Virus record (IMG/VR): IMGVR_UViG_2740891861_000008
Coordinates: 17,256 to 81,255 of that record
Strand: one strand, 5' to 3'
DNA: 64,000 nucleotides
Origin: a virus
Lineage: Duplodnaviria; Caudoviricetes
The position numbers were made by a program, and so were the translations under genes. This document shows positions 1 through 9,963 of this stretch, in pieces. The notes under the pieces were generated by a model, which was not told where the DNA came from, made no database searches, and saw only the letters and a list, made by a program, of their open reading frames with translations. Each line of letters starts with the position of its first letter. Position 1 is the stretch's first letter.

Positions 1-30
1 GGCGGTTCGACAAGTTCAGGCGGATCATGA

Positions 31-969
31 TCAGTATCCTGTGACGGTGTTGACGAGGACGGCGGTGCACATGCGGGCGGGGCTGGTGGCGCGGGCCGCC
101 TGCCAGTCGAAGGTGGCCTGGATGCCCTGCGGCCCGGGGATCTCGATCCGCGGGACGGGCAGGTAGACGGCATGGGCGGTGAAGGTGAAACTTGCATTCG
201 CCCCAAGGCTGTAGGCGAACTCGAGCTCGCAGGGCGTGCCATCGATGGCCTGGGTGACGAGGGCGCTATCGGCGAAACGCACCTCGATGCGGCCGGTCAG
301 GGCCGCCATGCCGGGATCCGCCCCCTCGATCTTGCCGTCGTTGCGGATGGTCTCGATCCGGTCGAGGCCGTTGGCATAGGTGATCTCGGCCGAGACGACG
401 TTGCCCAAGGCGGTGCCGTTGCGCTTTACCACCCCGTTGAAATGGCCGAAGCGCTGCAGGCCGAGCGCGGTCGGGGTGCCTGCAGCCGTGGTGGCAGCGA
501 TGGCCTCGCCTTGGGCGATCAGCCGGGCGGTGGCGGTCAGCAGGCCGGAGCGGTTCATCTGCCACGACAACTGGTCCATCACGCAGCCCGCATACATCGC
601 AAACCGCGGCACCTCGGGCATGGCCACTTCGATGGCCATCGAGGGCAGGGTCCAGTTCCCCGATTGGAAGGTATGGGTCTTGGGCGTGGTCCCCGTCGTG
701 GTCGGGGCACCGAAGGCCGCCTTCAGCCAGAAGCCGAAGGCCTCCACATCGATCGGCACCACGACCTCGCCATCGGCGGTGACCGCGTCCTTGATGGGGG
801 CCAGGGGATCGCGGCCATAACCGAGAAGCTCCGAGTTCAGCAGGGGCTGTTCCGCGCCCAGCGTGGTGCGGGCAAACGGCATCAGCCGATAGCCGCTGGC
901 GGGCGGGGTGCCGTAGACGGTTTCGAACGCAAGCGCCATCTGCGCCCGCGCGCCGTGTGCGCGTGCCAT
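31..969 (-). CDS. Phage tail tube protein
   Basis: 312 aa, beta-rich; GAGG RBS; lies after tail-completion genes; resembles alphaproteobacterial phage tube family. Confidence 0.8.
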   Translation of the reverse strand: MARAHGARAQMALAFETVYGTPPASGYRLMPFARTTLGAEQPLLNSELLGYGRDPLAPIKDAVTADGEVVVPIDVEAFGFWLKAAFGAPTTTGTTPKTHTFQSGNWTLPSMAIEVAMPEVPRFAMYAGCVMDQLSWQMNRSGLLTATARLIAQGEAIAATTAAGTPTALGLQRFGHFNGVVKRNGTALGNVVSAEITYANGLDRIETIRNDGKIEGADPGMAALTGRIEVRFADSALVTQAIDGTPCELEFAYSLGANASFTFTAHAVYLPVPRIEIPGPQGIQATFDWQAARATSPARMCTAVLVNTVTGY

Positions 970-996
970 GGAGGTCTCCTGTGGATGTGGGGAAAT

Positions 997-1419
997 TCAG
1001 GCCAGAGGGCCGGTCGTGGTGTAGTGAAGGACGATGGTGATCACCGCCGCCTTCAGCGCCGCGGCGCCCTCGACGGGCAGGTCGACCGAGGCCGGGGCCT
1101 CGGCTTCGACCCAGTCGCAAAGGCCGCCCAGCGTCCGATCACCTTCCAGCGCCGCGCCGATGGCGGCGATCAGATCGTCGAAGGCGCTGGCGCGGCCGCT
1201 GCCCGCCTGGACCACGACCTCCAGCTCGGCCCGGTGCTGGTAGTGATACCGCAGGGGCGACAGTGTCACTTCCGGCTCGCCCGGTTGGCCGTCGCGCAGG
1301 ATGATCAGCCCGGCCGCGGGGATCCGCTCCGGCAGCACCTCGTCACGCAGGGTGAGGGCGGCAAGCGGCTGCAGCCGCGCATGCAGCGCGGCGAGGACGG
1401 TTTCGCGGGTGGTGGGCAT
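997..1419 (-). CDS. Phage tail terminator-like protein (start MPTTRE)
   Basis: 140 aa with DRTLGGL motif, directly upstream of the tube gene. Confidence 0.7.
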   Translation of the reverse strand: MPTTRETVLAALHARLQPLAALTLRDEVLPERIPAAGLIILRDGQPGEPEVTLSPLRYHYQHRAELEVVVQAGSGRASAFDDLIAAIGAALEGDRTLGGLCDWVEAEAPASVDLPVEGAAALKAAVITIVLHYTTTGPLA

Positions 1420-1466
1420 TTGTGTGTAGTGAGCCAAAAAATAAATTAGCTGACGCAGATTTGGGC

Positions 1467-2357
1467 CTATTTGCCCTTTTTCCCGACAGATTGGGAGGCG
1501 AGAATCAACCGCCAAACCATTCCATTTTCGCCAGCGACAAGATCACGACAAGCCTCATAGTCAGACTTATCAAGTTCATCTATGTGGGCCGCTCGATTCC
1601 TGAATTTTGACGTCAAGGTCACTAAAGACTTGTGTAGACCACTTGGCTCAAGAAGCCAATTGGAACCCGGCCAATCAGCAAGAAGACTGAGAAAAGCGCG
1701 TATTAGCGGACTGTTTTCGCGTCGTGATTGACTGTGAATTGTGGTCTGCAAGAAGTGCGAAAAAACTCCAATCTCTGGAGGTTTCCCGTCTGGCCTTGAA
1801 CAGAACTTCGCCACCCTGCCAATGTCTTTGTCATTAACGTCCTCCCCAAGCGACGCTCCAGCAGCCTGCTTTGCAAGGGGAATGATAATTCGCCTTACGA
1901 TCTCGACTTCAACAGCCTTGCAAAGACCAATTACTGCAGGAGACCACTCAAGATCTGGATCATCTCCTAGTCTTTCAGAGAGTTTCTCGCTTGTGGCGAG
2001 AAAACGAATGGCCTCTGGTGTGAGCTTCGCCAATCGAGTGTCTTTTGCGAGAAGAAGCTCTTCCTGCCTCTTTATCGCACTCTCATCGACCAATGCGCGC
2101 AGGGTCTCGGCGAGTTGGTCAATTCGATCTTCGTCCGCCCCTGTGCCAGACTTTATGTCGTAGATCGACAATAGCCTTCCATAACAGCCGTTACACAAAC
2201 GTTTGTCCCAATCTCCTAGATAAATGGTGATTAGCTTTGATTTCTTGGAGCTGCTGCAGCGAAAGCAGTCAAATGCGGTGGCTTCTTGAAACCGAAACTG
2301 CTGAAGTGGGCCTCTGGCTTCGTATGTCTTTATGATCGACGAAGGTACGGGCTGCAT
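1467..2357 (-). CDS. Cargo protein: N-terminal CxxC..CxxC Zn finger plus C-terminal HEPN-like domain
   Basis: CFRC and CNGC pairs; RNRAAH (Rx4H) near C terminus; visibly lower GC than flanking phage genes. Confidence 0.6.
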   Translation of the reverse strand: MQPVPSSIIKTYEARGPLQQFRFQEATAFDCFRCSSSKKSKLITIYLGDWDKRLCNGCYGRLLSIYDIKSGTGADEDRIDQLAETLRALVDESAIKRQEELLLAKDTRLAKLTPEAIRFLATSEKLSERLGDDPDLEWSPAVIGLCKAVEVEIVRRIIIPLAKQAAGASLGEDVNDKDIGRVAKFCSRPDGKPPEIGVFSHFLQTTIHSQSRRENSPLIRAFLSLLADWPGSNWLLEPSGLHKSLVTLTSKFRNRAAHIDELDKSDYEACRDLVAGENGMVWRLILASQSVGKKGK

Positions 2358-2390
2358 GCGTCACCATTCTTTGCTAGAGCTTTCTCGAAA

Positions 2391-3029
2391 CTACATCCCG
2401 CTCGAGCCCCGATCCACCCAGTTTGCAGCAATTCGCCCCGGCACGCCGTCCATGGCCCGTTCGGCATCCCGCGCCAGATCGAGCCGCTTGCGCAGCTTGA
2501 CCTGCGGCACCAGCAGGAAGATCGGCACGGTGGTCAGCCCACGGCCGGTCTTCGCGCGCGACGCCACAGCCCGGCCTTTCGAATTCAGCCGCCCCTCGGC
2601 GACCAACAGGCTCGGGCCCCGGCGGCGATAGATGAAGCGCAGTCGCAGCCCCGTGCGGCGTTCCCACTCGCCGGGGGTGATCCGGCCGCCGCGGGTGGAT
2701 TTTCCCGCGGCCGGGGTGGGGATCGCCAGCCAGAAGCCTTGGCGCGACCGGATCAGCGGCCCCGCATCATGCGCGCCGACAATCACCGGGGCATTCGACC
2801 AGACCAGCGCCGCTGCGTTCAGGCTCTCGCCGCCCTTGGGATAGGTGGCAAGCCGGATCGAATTGCCGAGCCTAGTGCCCAGCCCCGCGCCGGTGATTTG
2901 GCCGCGCCAGGCGGATTTGAGGCCCGCGCCTGCCACGCGCATGGCGGCGGTGACAGCCTTTTCACCGGCAGCGATTTCCGCCTGCATCAGGGCTGCAAGG
3001 TCGGGGCTGATTTCCAGCTTCAGTCTCAT
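2391..3029 (-). CDS. Phage tail-completion protein (DUF6441-like)
   Basis: Basic 212 aa protein, ATGA-coupled to the head-tail gene. Confidence 0.7.
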   Translation of the reverse strand: MRLKLEISPDLAALMQAEIAAGEKAVTAAMRVAGAGLKSAWRGQITGAGLGTRLGNSIRLATYPKGGESLNAAALVWSNAPVIVGAHDAGPLIRSRQGFWLAIPTPAAGKSTRGGRITPGEWERRTGLRLRFIYRRRGPSLLVAEGRLNSKGRAVASRAKTGRGLTTVPIFLLVPQVKLRKRLDLARDAERAMDGVPGRIAANWVDRGSSGM

Positions 3030-3340
3030 GCTGGCCTCAGTTCGAGTGTCCAGATCAGCCGTTCGCGATCCCGTAGTGGTTCTCCCTGGATGACATGGCT
3101 GTCCGCGCCGATGACGATCACGTCTCCCGGAAGCGGGGCGGGCAGGTCTGCCACACGCACATCCACCACCGTCGTGTCGCTGACGAACCGGCCAGCGCCG
3201 AAGTCGGTCACGCGATCCGGGGCGCGGCGGATGATGCGGATCGGGCGTTCCTCGGAGGTGGTGGCCGAGATCCAGAGGGCCGGGGCCGCCATGGAGGCAT
3301 GGGTGAAGATGCGGTCCATGGCGGCGGCAAAGACGGACAT
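3026..3340 (-). CDS. Head-tail joining protein
   Basis: 104 aa, immediately after the capsid gene; beta-rich FII-like pattern. Confidence 0.7.
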   Translation of the reverse strand: MSVFAAAMDRIFTHASMAAPALWISATTSEERPIRIIRRAPDRVTDFGAGRFVSDTTVVDVRVADLPAPLPGDVIVIGADSHVIQGEPLRDRERLIWTLELRPA

Positions 3341-3351
3341 TCGTGGACCCG

Positions 3352-4377
3352 TCAGTTCGACGTGTGCAGCCGGATCGCCAGCCGCGGCCGCTTGTTGACC
3401 GGCAGGATCGAGGCCTCGGTCATGACGTCGATCCAGCGGCCCTTCTCGTCGAGATGCTGACGCGCATAGAGCGGCAGGCCGATGGTGTTGGCGGTCTCGA
3501 GCAGGTTCGCCGGGCCGCCATAGGTGGTGAAGGTGTCCATCGTGCCCAAGGGGAAGGCGATGCCCTCGTTCGCCGGGACCAGCCGTTCGGGGACCTTGGT
3601 CGAGAGGGTGACGGTGCCGGAATATTCCTCGAAGAGGATCCCGCCGAAGGGGAAGTTGCGCCGCACATCCTCGCGCAGGGGCTGGGCCCCGGTCGCGGCG
3701 TAGAACTTGTAGGCCTCTTCGGTCTTCGGATGCGCGATCAGCTTGTCGAAGAACTCCCGGCTGACCAGCGCATGGACGCTGGTCATCGCCTCGCCCAGCA
3801 GATTGTCTTCGATGGCTCGCAGCACCTCGCGGACCTTGCCCTGCACGTTCGTTCCAGCCGTGCCCAGCACGAAGTCGACGGAGATCTGCGCGAGGCCGAA
3901 TTCGGTGAAGTAGTTGTAGAGGGTGGTGCCCGCACCGTCCTTCACGATCCCGCGCAGGGCATTCATCTCCATGTATTCGCGGGTCTGCGCGTGCTTGCGG
4001 CGCATGAGGAGCAGCTTGCGGTTCATCACCTCGACCAGCGGATCGGCCGCGTCGAAGGCGCCGCCCAGCGCGGGTTGGCCCTGGATGTCGGCGGGGAGGA
4101 CCACGTCATCATGTGGGATCCACGGCAGGGCAAACGACCGCATGGAGCGGCCCTCGCGGGTGCCGACGGTGGCGGGGCCGCCGAGGGGAACGGAGGGCAG
4201 GAGGCTGAGGACGCCTTCGTATTGTTCGATGATGACCGAGCGCTGGCTGACGCCTTCAAAGCGGAAGAGGCCGATCTGGGCGAGGCGGGTGTAGAGGTTG
4301 GGCAGGATGTTGATGGCCTGCGTCATCTCGGCCAGCGAATAGCCGCCAGCGTCGAAGGGATTGCGGACGAGGGTCAT
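3352..4377 (-). CDS. Major capsid protein (lambda gpE family)
   Basis: 341 aa with TREYM..ALRG motif, downstream of the decoration gene. Confidence 0.9.
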   Translation of the reverse strand: MTLVRNPFDAGGYSLAEMTQAINILPNLYTRLAQIGLFRFEGVSQRSVIIEQYEGVLSLLPSVPLGGPATVGTREGRSMRSFALPWIPHDDVVLPADIQGQPALGGAFDAADPLVEVMNRKLLLMRRKHAQTREYMEMNALRGIVKDGAGTTLYNYFTEFGLAQISVDFVLGTAGTNVQGKVREVLRAIEDNLLGEAMTSVHALVSREFFDKLIAHPKTEEAYKFYAATGAQPLREDVRRNFPFGGILFEEYSGTVTLSTKVPERLVPANEGIAFPLGTMDTFTTYGGPANLLETANTIGLPLYARQHLDEKGRWIDVMTEASILPVNKRPRLAIRLHTSN

Positions 4378-4424
4378 GGGATGCTCCGGGGGATGAGGGG
4401 ATGGGCGCGGCCGGGTAGGCAGCG

Positions 4425-4805
4425 TCAGACGCCGTCGCGGGCGACGATGCCGACGGCGGCCAGCTGGGTGAGCTTCGCGGCGATCTTGGTGCCGTCATCG
4501 ACCGTTGCGCCGTAGGCGAGGGCTGCGCGCGACACGATCGAGGGACCGCGGACCAGCACAATGCCCGTGGCATCGGCCAGCGTGGCGTCGACGGCGTAAA
4601 GCAGGACAGCCGTGGCGACCTGCGACCCGTCGGCCCCGGTCGCGGGCGACAGGGTATACTTGCCGCTGGCCGTGATTTTCCCGAGCACCGAGCCGACGGG
4701 GTAGGGCAGGCCCGCGAGGAGCGTCACCACCTCGCGGGTGTAGTTCGGGTTGACCTCGTATTTGAGGACGTCGCCCATGCTGGGCGGTTCCGTCAGGACG
4801 GGCAT
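4425..4805 (-). CDS. Head decoration protein (lambda gpD-like)
   Basis: 126 aa, GSVLGKITASGKY, between protease and capsid. Confidence 0.85.
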   Translation of the reverse strand: MPVLTEPPSMGDVLKYEVNPNYTREVVTLLAGLPYPVGSVLGKITASGKYTLSPATGADGSQVATAVLLYAVDATLADATGIVLVRGPSIVSRAALAYGATVDDGTKIAAKLTQLAAVGIVARDGV

Positions 4806-4878
4806 GGTTCAGTCTCCACGATGTTGGGGGATGGGGTGCGCCGCGCGATGACGCAGCGCGGGGTGGTCCGCGCCGGTA

Positions 4879-6192
4879 TCAGCGCGAGGCGGCGGCGGAT
4901 TTCTTGGCGGCCGCGACGATGGGGCTTTCCTTCGCGCCAGCCGCCGGGGCCGTGGCGATGATGCCCGCGGCATCGCTGCGGGCAGCGAGATCGGCCAGGA
5001 CCTTGGCGCGCAGGGCCTCGGGCTTCACGCCCTTGGCCACGGCTTCGGCGGCGTCGATCTGGATGCCGAGGCGTGCGGCCTGTGCGCAGACCTGCGCGAC
5101 CTCCGCCGCCTCGGCGCGGATCGCTTCGGGTGACATCGCGGCCGCCGTGGTTTGCACCGGCGCGACTGCCGCGGGCGGGGTTGGTTCCTGCGGCGTGCTG
5201 GCAGCAGGCGCGACCGCAGGCTGCGCATGGTCTTCGGGGGCGGTGGTCATCATCGAGCCCTTTCCTCTGGGGGTGATTGTGCCGCGATGTGCGGCGGTGA
5301 ACGCGCGGAAGGCGGTGACGGGATCGGCCACCTCGTCGGCAAGACCGGCAAAAACCGCCGCCTCGCCGCGGAAGACGGCGGCTTCGGTGCCCAGCGCGCG
5401 TTGGGTGTCGAGGCGCTGGCCGCGGCCCTCGGCGACGGTCTCGGCAAAGAGTTGGCGGAGGTCTTCCAACTCGCCCGCGATCCTGGCTCGGACGGCCTCG
5501 GGCAGGGGCTGGTAAGGGTTCGCATCGACCTTGCGAGCGCCAGCGTGGATCAGCGTGACGGCGATGCCCTTCTGGTCGAGCGCGCCGCTCATGTCGCTGT
5601 GCATGGCCACGACGCCGATGCTGCCGACGGCACCAGTGCGAGGCAGGATGATGCGGTCTGCTTGTGAGGCCAGCGCATAGGCGGCGGACAGGGCATGGTC
5701 AGCGACGAAGGCCTGCACGGGTTTGACCTGCCGCGCCGCCCGGATGCGGTCGGCCAGGTCAAAGGCGCCTGCCACCTCGCCGCCAAAGCTGTCGATGTCG
5801 AGCGCAATGCCGCGGATGGCAGGGTCAACCACCGCCGCCTGCAGCTGGGCCGCGATCCCCTCGTAGGAGGTCAGACCGGAGGATTGCCCGATCCAGGCCC
5901 CGCGATGCACCAGCGTCCCTGCGATTTCGATGACCGCGATCCCGTCGACGACGGCGAAGGGCTGGCCGCCGTTCCGGGCCTGGCGGCTGGTCAGGTCGTC
6001 GCCAAAGAGCGACGCCCGGGTTGGCATGGTGGCAGCGGCCTGATCCGCGGGATCCACAGCCATACCCTCGATGCTCACCACCCGCCCCACGATCCGAGGG
6101 CCAAGCCCGGTCAGGAAGGCCAGTGCCTTGGCAGGATCGACCATCAGGGGCGTGTTGAAGACGCGCTGGGCGATTTGGGTGTGATGCATCAT
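4879..6192 (-). CDS. S49 head maturation protease with scaffold-like C terminus (gpC/Nu3-like)
   Basis: DIDSFGG, SAAYALAS and GSIGV motifs; Ala/Pro-rich tail. Confidence 0.9.
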   Translation of the reverse strand: MMHHTQIAQRVFNTPLMVDPAKALAFLTGLGPRIVGRVVSIEGMAVDPADQAAATMPTRASLFGDDLTSRQARNGGQPFAVVDGIAVIEIAGTLVHRGAWIGQSSGLTSYEGIAAQLQAAVVDPAIRGIALDIDSFGGEVAGAFDLADRIRAARQVKPVQAFVADHALSAAYALASQADRIILPRTGAVGSIGVVAMHSDMSGALDQKGIAVTLIHAGARKVDANPYQPLPEAVRARIAGELEDLRQLFAETVAEGRGQRLDTQRALGTEAAVFRGEAAVFAGLADEVADPVTAFRAFTAAHRGTITPRGKGSMMTTAPEDHAQPAVAPAASTPQEPTPPAAVAPVQTTAAAMSPEAIRAEAAEVAQVCAQAARLGIQIDAAEAVAKGVKPEALRAKVLADLAARSDAAGIIATAPAAGAKESPIVAAAKKSAAASR

Positions 6193-7703
6193 CCCTCCTC
6201 CCTGGTCCGGGGCTCCCGGTCCTCGCTGTCGTCGCTCTCGCGCTGGTCCTGCTCGTCAGGGCCTGTTTCGCTGCCCTGTTCCTCGCCGCCGGTAGTTCCC
6301 GCCGCCTGCGCGGGGGATCCCGGCCGCCGGAAGTCGAGGCCGAGTTCCGCCTCGCGCTTGCGTTCGGCCGCGATTTCCCGGTCGACCTGCTCGGCGTCGT
6401 AGCCGCGTTCGGCGATGGCCTGCGTGCGGGATTTCAGGCCTGCCTCGATCTGCAGGATCTCGGCCGCGGCATCCTTGGCAGGGTCGATCCAGTCCCACTT
6501 GGTGGGGAGCCAGTCGCAGGCAAGGTATGCGCGCCGGTCAGTGGCATAGCCCGGCAGGTCGATGGCGCCCGCCAGCACGGCCATCTCCATCCAGCGCGTC
6601 CAGACGGCGCGGCAGAGCTGATAGACCATCACCGAATGCTGGAAGGCCGAGATGCGGCGGCGGAAGTCGACCAGCGCGATGCGCGTGTTCGAGAAGTTCC
6701 CCTTCGCGGTGTCACCTGTGAGGTAGCCGTAGGGCACGCCCAGCGCCGCGCCGACCTGCAGGAGCGTGCGGTACTGGAAGGGCTCATAGGTGCTGCCCGA
6801 GTCCGGGGTGGATGGCGTGGTGACATCTTCGCCCGGATCCAGCCGCACCACCTGTCCGGGTTCGACCTCCAGATCGTCCTCGACCGGGTCGAGGGCGGTT
6901 TCCGGGGCGGGCGAGGTGATGAACATCGCGAACATCGCCGCGGTCTTCTTCCGCTCCAATTCCGCATCGTCGTAGAGATCGAGGGTGAAGAGCTTCACCA
7001 CTGCCGCGGCGAAGCGCGACACCCCGCGCAGCTGGCCCGCCTCGACCGGGTCCAGAATGTGGATCACCTCGGACGCGGGCACGCGCACCGTTTCCCCGGC
7101 CAGCCCCGGATCGGTCATGTCGCCCGGGTGGCGGCGCAGGAAGTGGTACGCCACACGCCGACCGATGCCGTCGAACTCGATCCCCTGCCGGATCGACCCG
7201 GCACCGGGCAGAACGCGGATCATGTCCTGGGGCAGCATTTCCGAGGGCAGCATCTGAAGCTGCATCGGCACCGTCAGACCAACTTCGGGACGCCGGGCGC
7301 GGATGCGCAGGAAGACCTCGCCAGCAAGGAACACTTCGCGTGCGGCGCGGCGCTGAAGGCCAAAGAAATCGGTCAGACCCTCGGAATCCGCCTCGTCGGT
7401 CCAGGCGAGCCAGAGCTTCTGCAATTCCTCCTTCTTCGTTGCATCCGCGATCTTCGACGAGGGCTTGATGCCGTCGCCGACGACATGGTTCGCGAAGGCG
7501 TCGACCGCGTTGGCCGCGTAGCCGTTGTTCCTGACCAGCCAGCGCGCCCGGGCGGTGATGGTCTCGCCCGAGGCCGCGATCAGCGTGTTCACATGCGCGC
7601 GGGTGGCCCGGAACCCACGCATGCGCCGATGGGACTGCGCCGCGTCGAACCCGCCGATGATGGACCCGAGCCGCGCGCGGAAGGCATCCAGCACCATGGT
7701 CAC
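6189..7703 (-). CDS. Portal protein, lambda family
   Basis: RARWLVRNN, GQLRGVS, NFSNTR and WIDPAKD motifs. Confidence 0.92.
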   Translation of the reverse strand: MTMVLDAFRARLGSIIGGFDAAQSHRRMRGFRATRAHVNTLIAASGETITARARWLVRNNGYAANAVDAFANHVVGDGIKPSSKIADATKKEELQKLWLAWTDEADSEGLTDFFGLQRRAAREVFLAGEVFLRIRARRPEVGLTVPMQLQMLPSEMLPQDMIRVLPGAGSIRQGIEFDGIGRRVAYHFLRRHPGDMTDPGLAGETVRVPASEVIHILDPVEAGQLRGVSRFAAAVVKLFTLDLYDDAELERKKTAAMFAMFITSPAPETALDPVEDDLEVEPGQVVRLDPGEDVTTPSTPDSGSTYEPFQYRTLLQVGAALGVPYGYLTGDTAKGNFSNTRIALVDFRRRISAFQHSVMVYQLCRAVWTRWMEMAVLAGAIDLPGYATDRRAYLACDWLPTKWDWIDPAKDAAAEILQIEAGLKSRTQAIAERGYDAEQVDREIAAERKREAELGLDFRRPGSPAQAAGTTGGEEQGSETGPDEQDQRESDDSEDREPRTREEG

Positions 7704-7912
7704 AGACCCTTCGTGGCGACCGTGCCCCAGCGGCGGCGGCGTGGCGTGGCCGAAGCCGCTGCAACCCGTGCCTCGAGATCGCGAACGGCCGCCGCCAGTT
7801 CGGCATCCGAGCCATAGGTCACCGTCTTGCCGTCGTAGCTGACGCTGCGCAGCCCGGCGAAGCGGGCTTCCTGCAGCGCGGTCAGCAGGGCCTGCATGCG
7901 GTCGAGATCCAT
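7700..7912 (-). CDS. gpW-like head-tail joining protein (start MDLDRM)
   Basis: 70 aa, SVSYDGKTVTY, between terminase and portal with overlaps on both sides. Confidence 0.8.
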   Translation of the reverse strand: MDLDRMQALLTALQEARFAGLRSVSYDGKTVTYGSDAELAAAVRDLEARVAAASATPRRRRWGTVATKGL

Positions 7913-9963
7913 CAGTCCCTCATGAAGTTCGGGGTGTAGGTCCGCCGTTTCCGGCGTGGCGTGGTCAGGGTTCCGGCCTTGGGCTGGGCCGGGTCTTGTG
8001 TAGCGATGTCGGTCGCGGTGGCCGAGGGCATGCGCGTATCGACGCCCGCCTGCGCCTCGAGTCGCCGCCAGGTCGCCTCGTCCCATCGGTCGGCGCCGAG
8101 GATCCACACCGCAGCACGGGCGTAGACCCGGCAGTCCAGCGCCTCGTTCCGCTCGCGCATCTTCTGCCATTCCTGATGGGCATAGCCGCGCTTGTTGCGG
8201 ATCGTGACCAGCTGTTCGGCCACCAGCTGCTTCAGCCATTCGGTGTCGGCCCAGCCGGGCAGGTGGATTGTGCCGGGGGCGTCGAGCACACCAGTGGCGC
8301 GATTCTCATCCGAGGGCCGTTCGATCCGCAGGAACCGATAGGTCTCCGCCTTGAACGTCGCCGTGGCCACAGACCAGAGCCGCGCACCGCGGCGCAAGCG
8401 CTTCCCGCCGATGGTCGCATCGACATATGTCGGCCCCGAAACCGGCGCGGCCCGGTTGAAGCCCTCGAGGCCCTTCAGCGGTGCCACCTGTTCGAAGCCG
8501 ACCTTGCGCGACCAGGCATAGACGGCCGCGGCCTCGTAGCCGGTGTCGATCCCGAGCCGCGCCACGGTCATGAAGGCACCGTTGGAATGCTGCCAGCTCT
8601 TCCCCAACAGCGTGGTCAGCTTGTCCCATGCCGCGGGATCGTCAGGCCCGCCCGGGATGACGATGTGATCGACGAGCCAGCTTTCCATTCTCCGGCCCCA
8701 GGCCCAGATGTCGACCTCGATCCGGTCCCTTTGGACGTCGGCCCCGGCGGTCAGGAACAGCCCCGCCATGGGCACGGTGCCCGGCTTCCAGGCTTCGCGC
8801 CGATCCGCCAGCCGCTGCCATTCCGGAGCGTCGCCGCTCTCGACCCATGTCTCGCCAAGAAGCGTGTTGCGCGCGGCGCGCAGCGTCTCGTCCGACCCTT
8901 GGGCCGCCAGCCATTCCCGCGCGACGTCGGACCAGCTTTTCCACCCGAGCGGCGAATAGAGCGCCGAGAGGTGGAAGCCGATGGCCTTCGGATCCTTGGA
9001 AACCGCCGTCGCCCGCCATTCGCCGCGGGCCAACATCTCGGTCTTGTGGTGCTCGGCGATGGGACGCTCGCAGCCCTCGCAGTGATAGGCGGCGGTTTCC
9101 GGTCGGCCCTTCGCCCAACGCAGGCGGTCGAATTGCAGCCACTGCATCGCGCCGCAATGCGGGCAGGGGACAAAATAGCGCCGCTGGTCCGATGCCTCGA
9201 ACTCCCGCTCGATGCGTGACAGCCCCCGGATCGTGGGCGTCGAGACCATGAACACCTTGCGCCGGTGCGAGAAGGTCGTCGTCCGCGCCTCGGCCAGCGT
9301 GACCGGATCGCCCTCCTCGTCGGCCGAGGCCGGGTAGGCGTCCACCTCGTCGAGAAAGACGTAGCGCGCGGGCATCGACCGCAGGCCGGTCGCGCTGTTC
9401 GCCCCGGTCAGCACCAGGATGCCGCCGGGGAATTCCTTCGACAGCATCGAGTTGCCCGCATCGCGAGACCGCGCCGGGTTTACCCGTTCACGGAGTGCCG
9501 GGCTGTCCGCGATCAGGGGGTCAAGACGACCGCGAGACGTCCGCTTCGCCAGTTCCAAGGATGGCAGCACCGCCAGCATCGGGCCTGGCGCGTGATGGAT
9601 GACGAAGCCGATCCAGTTGTTGCCCGCTTCCGTTGCCCCGACCTGCGCCGCCTTCATGAAGGTGATGCGCTGCGCCGGATGGCCGGGCGACAGCACATCC
9701 ATGATCTCGCGCAGATAGGGCGCGCGGGCGGTGCGATACCGCCCCGGCTCGGCCGCGCCCCGCGACGACAGCCAGCGATGCTGATCCGCCCATTCCGATA
9801 CCGTCAGGTTCGGGTCGGGGCGCATCCCCTGTCGCCAGACCCGAAGCAGGTCTTCAGCGCCGTCGAAGCCGAGGTCGAGGCCTTCGGTCAGATCGTTGTC
9901 ATCGTCCTCATCATGCAAGCGAGACCCGGAGGTCGGCGAGGGCGTCGAGCTGTTCGCGGACAT
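7912..9963 (-). CDS. terL: Terminase large subunit (lambda gpA family); start uncertain
   Basis: KAAQVGAT Walker A variant, FLDEVD Walker B, STPT, CPHC..CEGC, GADVQ, RNEALDC. Confidence 0.95.
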   Translation of the reverse strand: MSANSSTPSPTSGSRLHDEDDDNDLTEGLDLGFDGAEDLLRVWRQGMRPDPNLTVSEWADQHRWLSSRGAAEPGRYRTARAPYLREIMDVLSPGHPAQRITFMKAAQVGATEAGNNWIGFVIHHAPGPMLAVLPSLELAKRTSRGRLDPLIADSPALRERVNPARSRDAGNSMLSKEFPGGILVLTGANSATGLRSMPARYVFLDEVDAYPASADEEGDPVTLAEARTTTFSHRRKVFMVSTPTIRGLSRIEREFEASDQRRYFVPCPHCGAMQWLQFDRLRWAKGRPETAAYHCEGCERPIAEHHKTEMLARGEWRATAVSKDPKAIGFHLSALYSPLGWKSWSDVAREWLAAQGSDETLRAARNTLLGETWVESGDAPEWQRLADRREAWKPGTVPMAGLFLTAGADVQRDRIEVDIWAWGRRMESWLVDHIVIPGGPDDPAAWDKLTTLLGKSWQHSNGAFMTVARLGIDTGYEAAAVYAWSRKVGFEQVAPLKGLEGFNRAAPVSGPTYVDATIGGKRLRRGARLWSVATATFKAETYRFLRIERPSDENRATGVLDAPGTIHLPGWADTEWLKQLVAEQLVTIRNKRGYAHQEWQKMRERNEALDCRVYARAAVWILGADRWDEATWRRLEAQAGVDTRMPSATATDIATQDPAQPKAGTLTTPRRKRRTYTPNFMRD

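Noticed and set aside
172-9219. Long + strand ORFs (172-1449, 3343-4515, 6636-7817, 7996-9219)
   Set aside because: Antisense shadows of high-GC phage genes with no motifs
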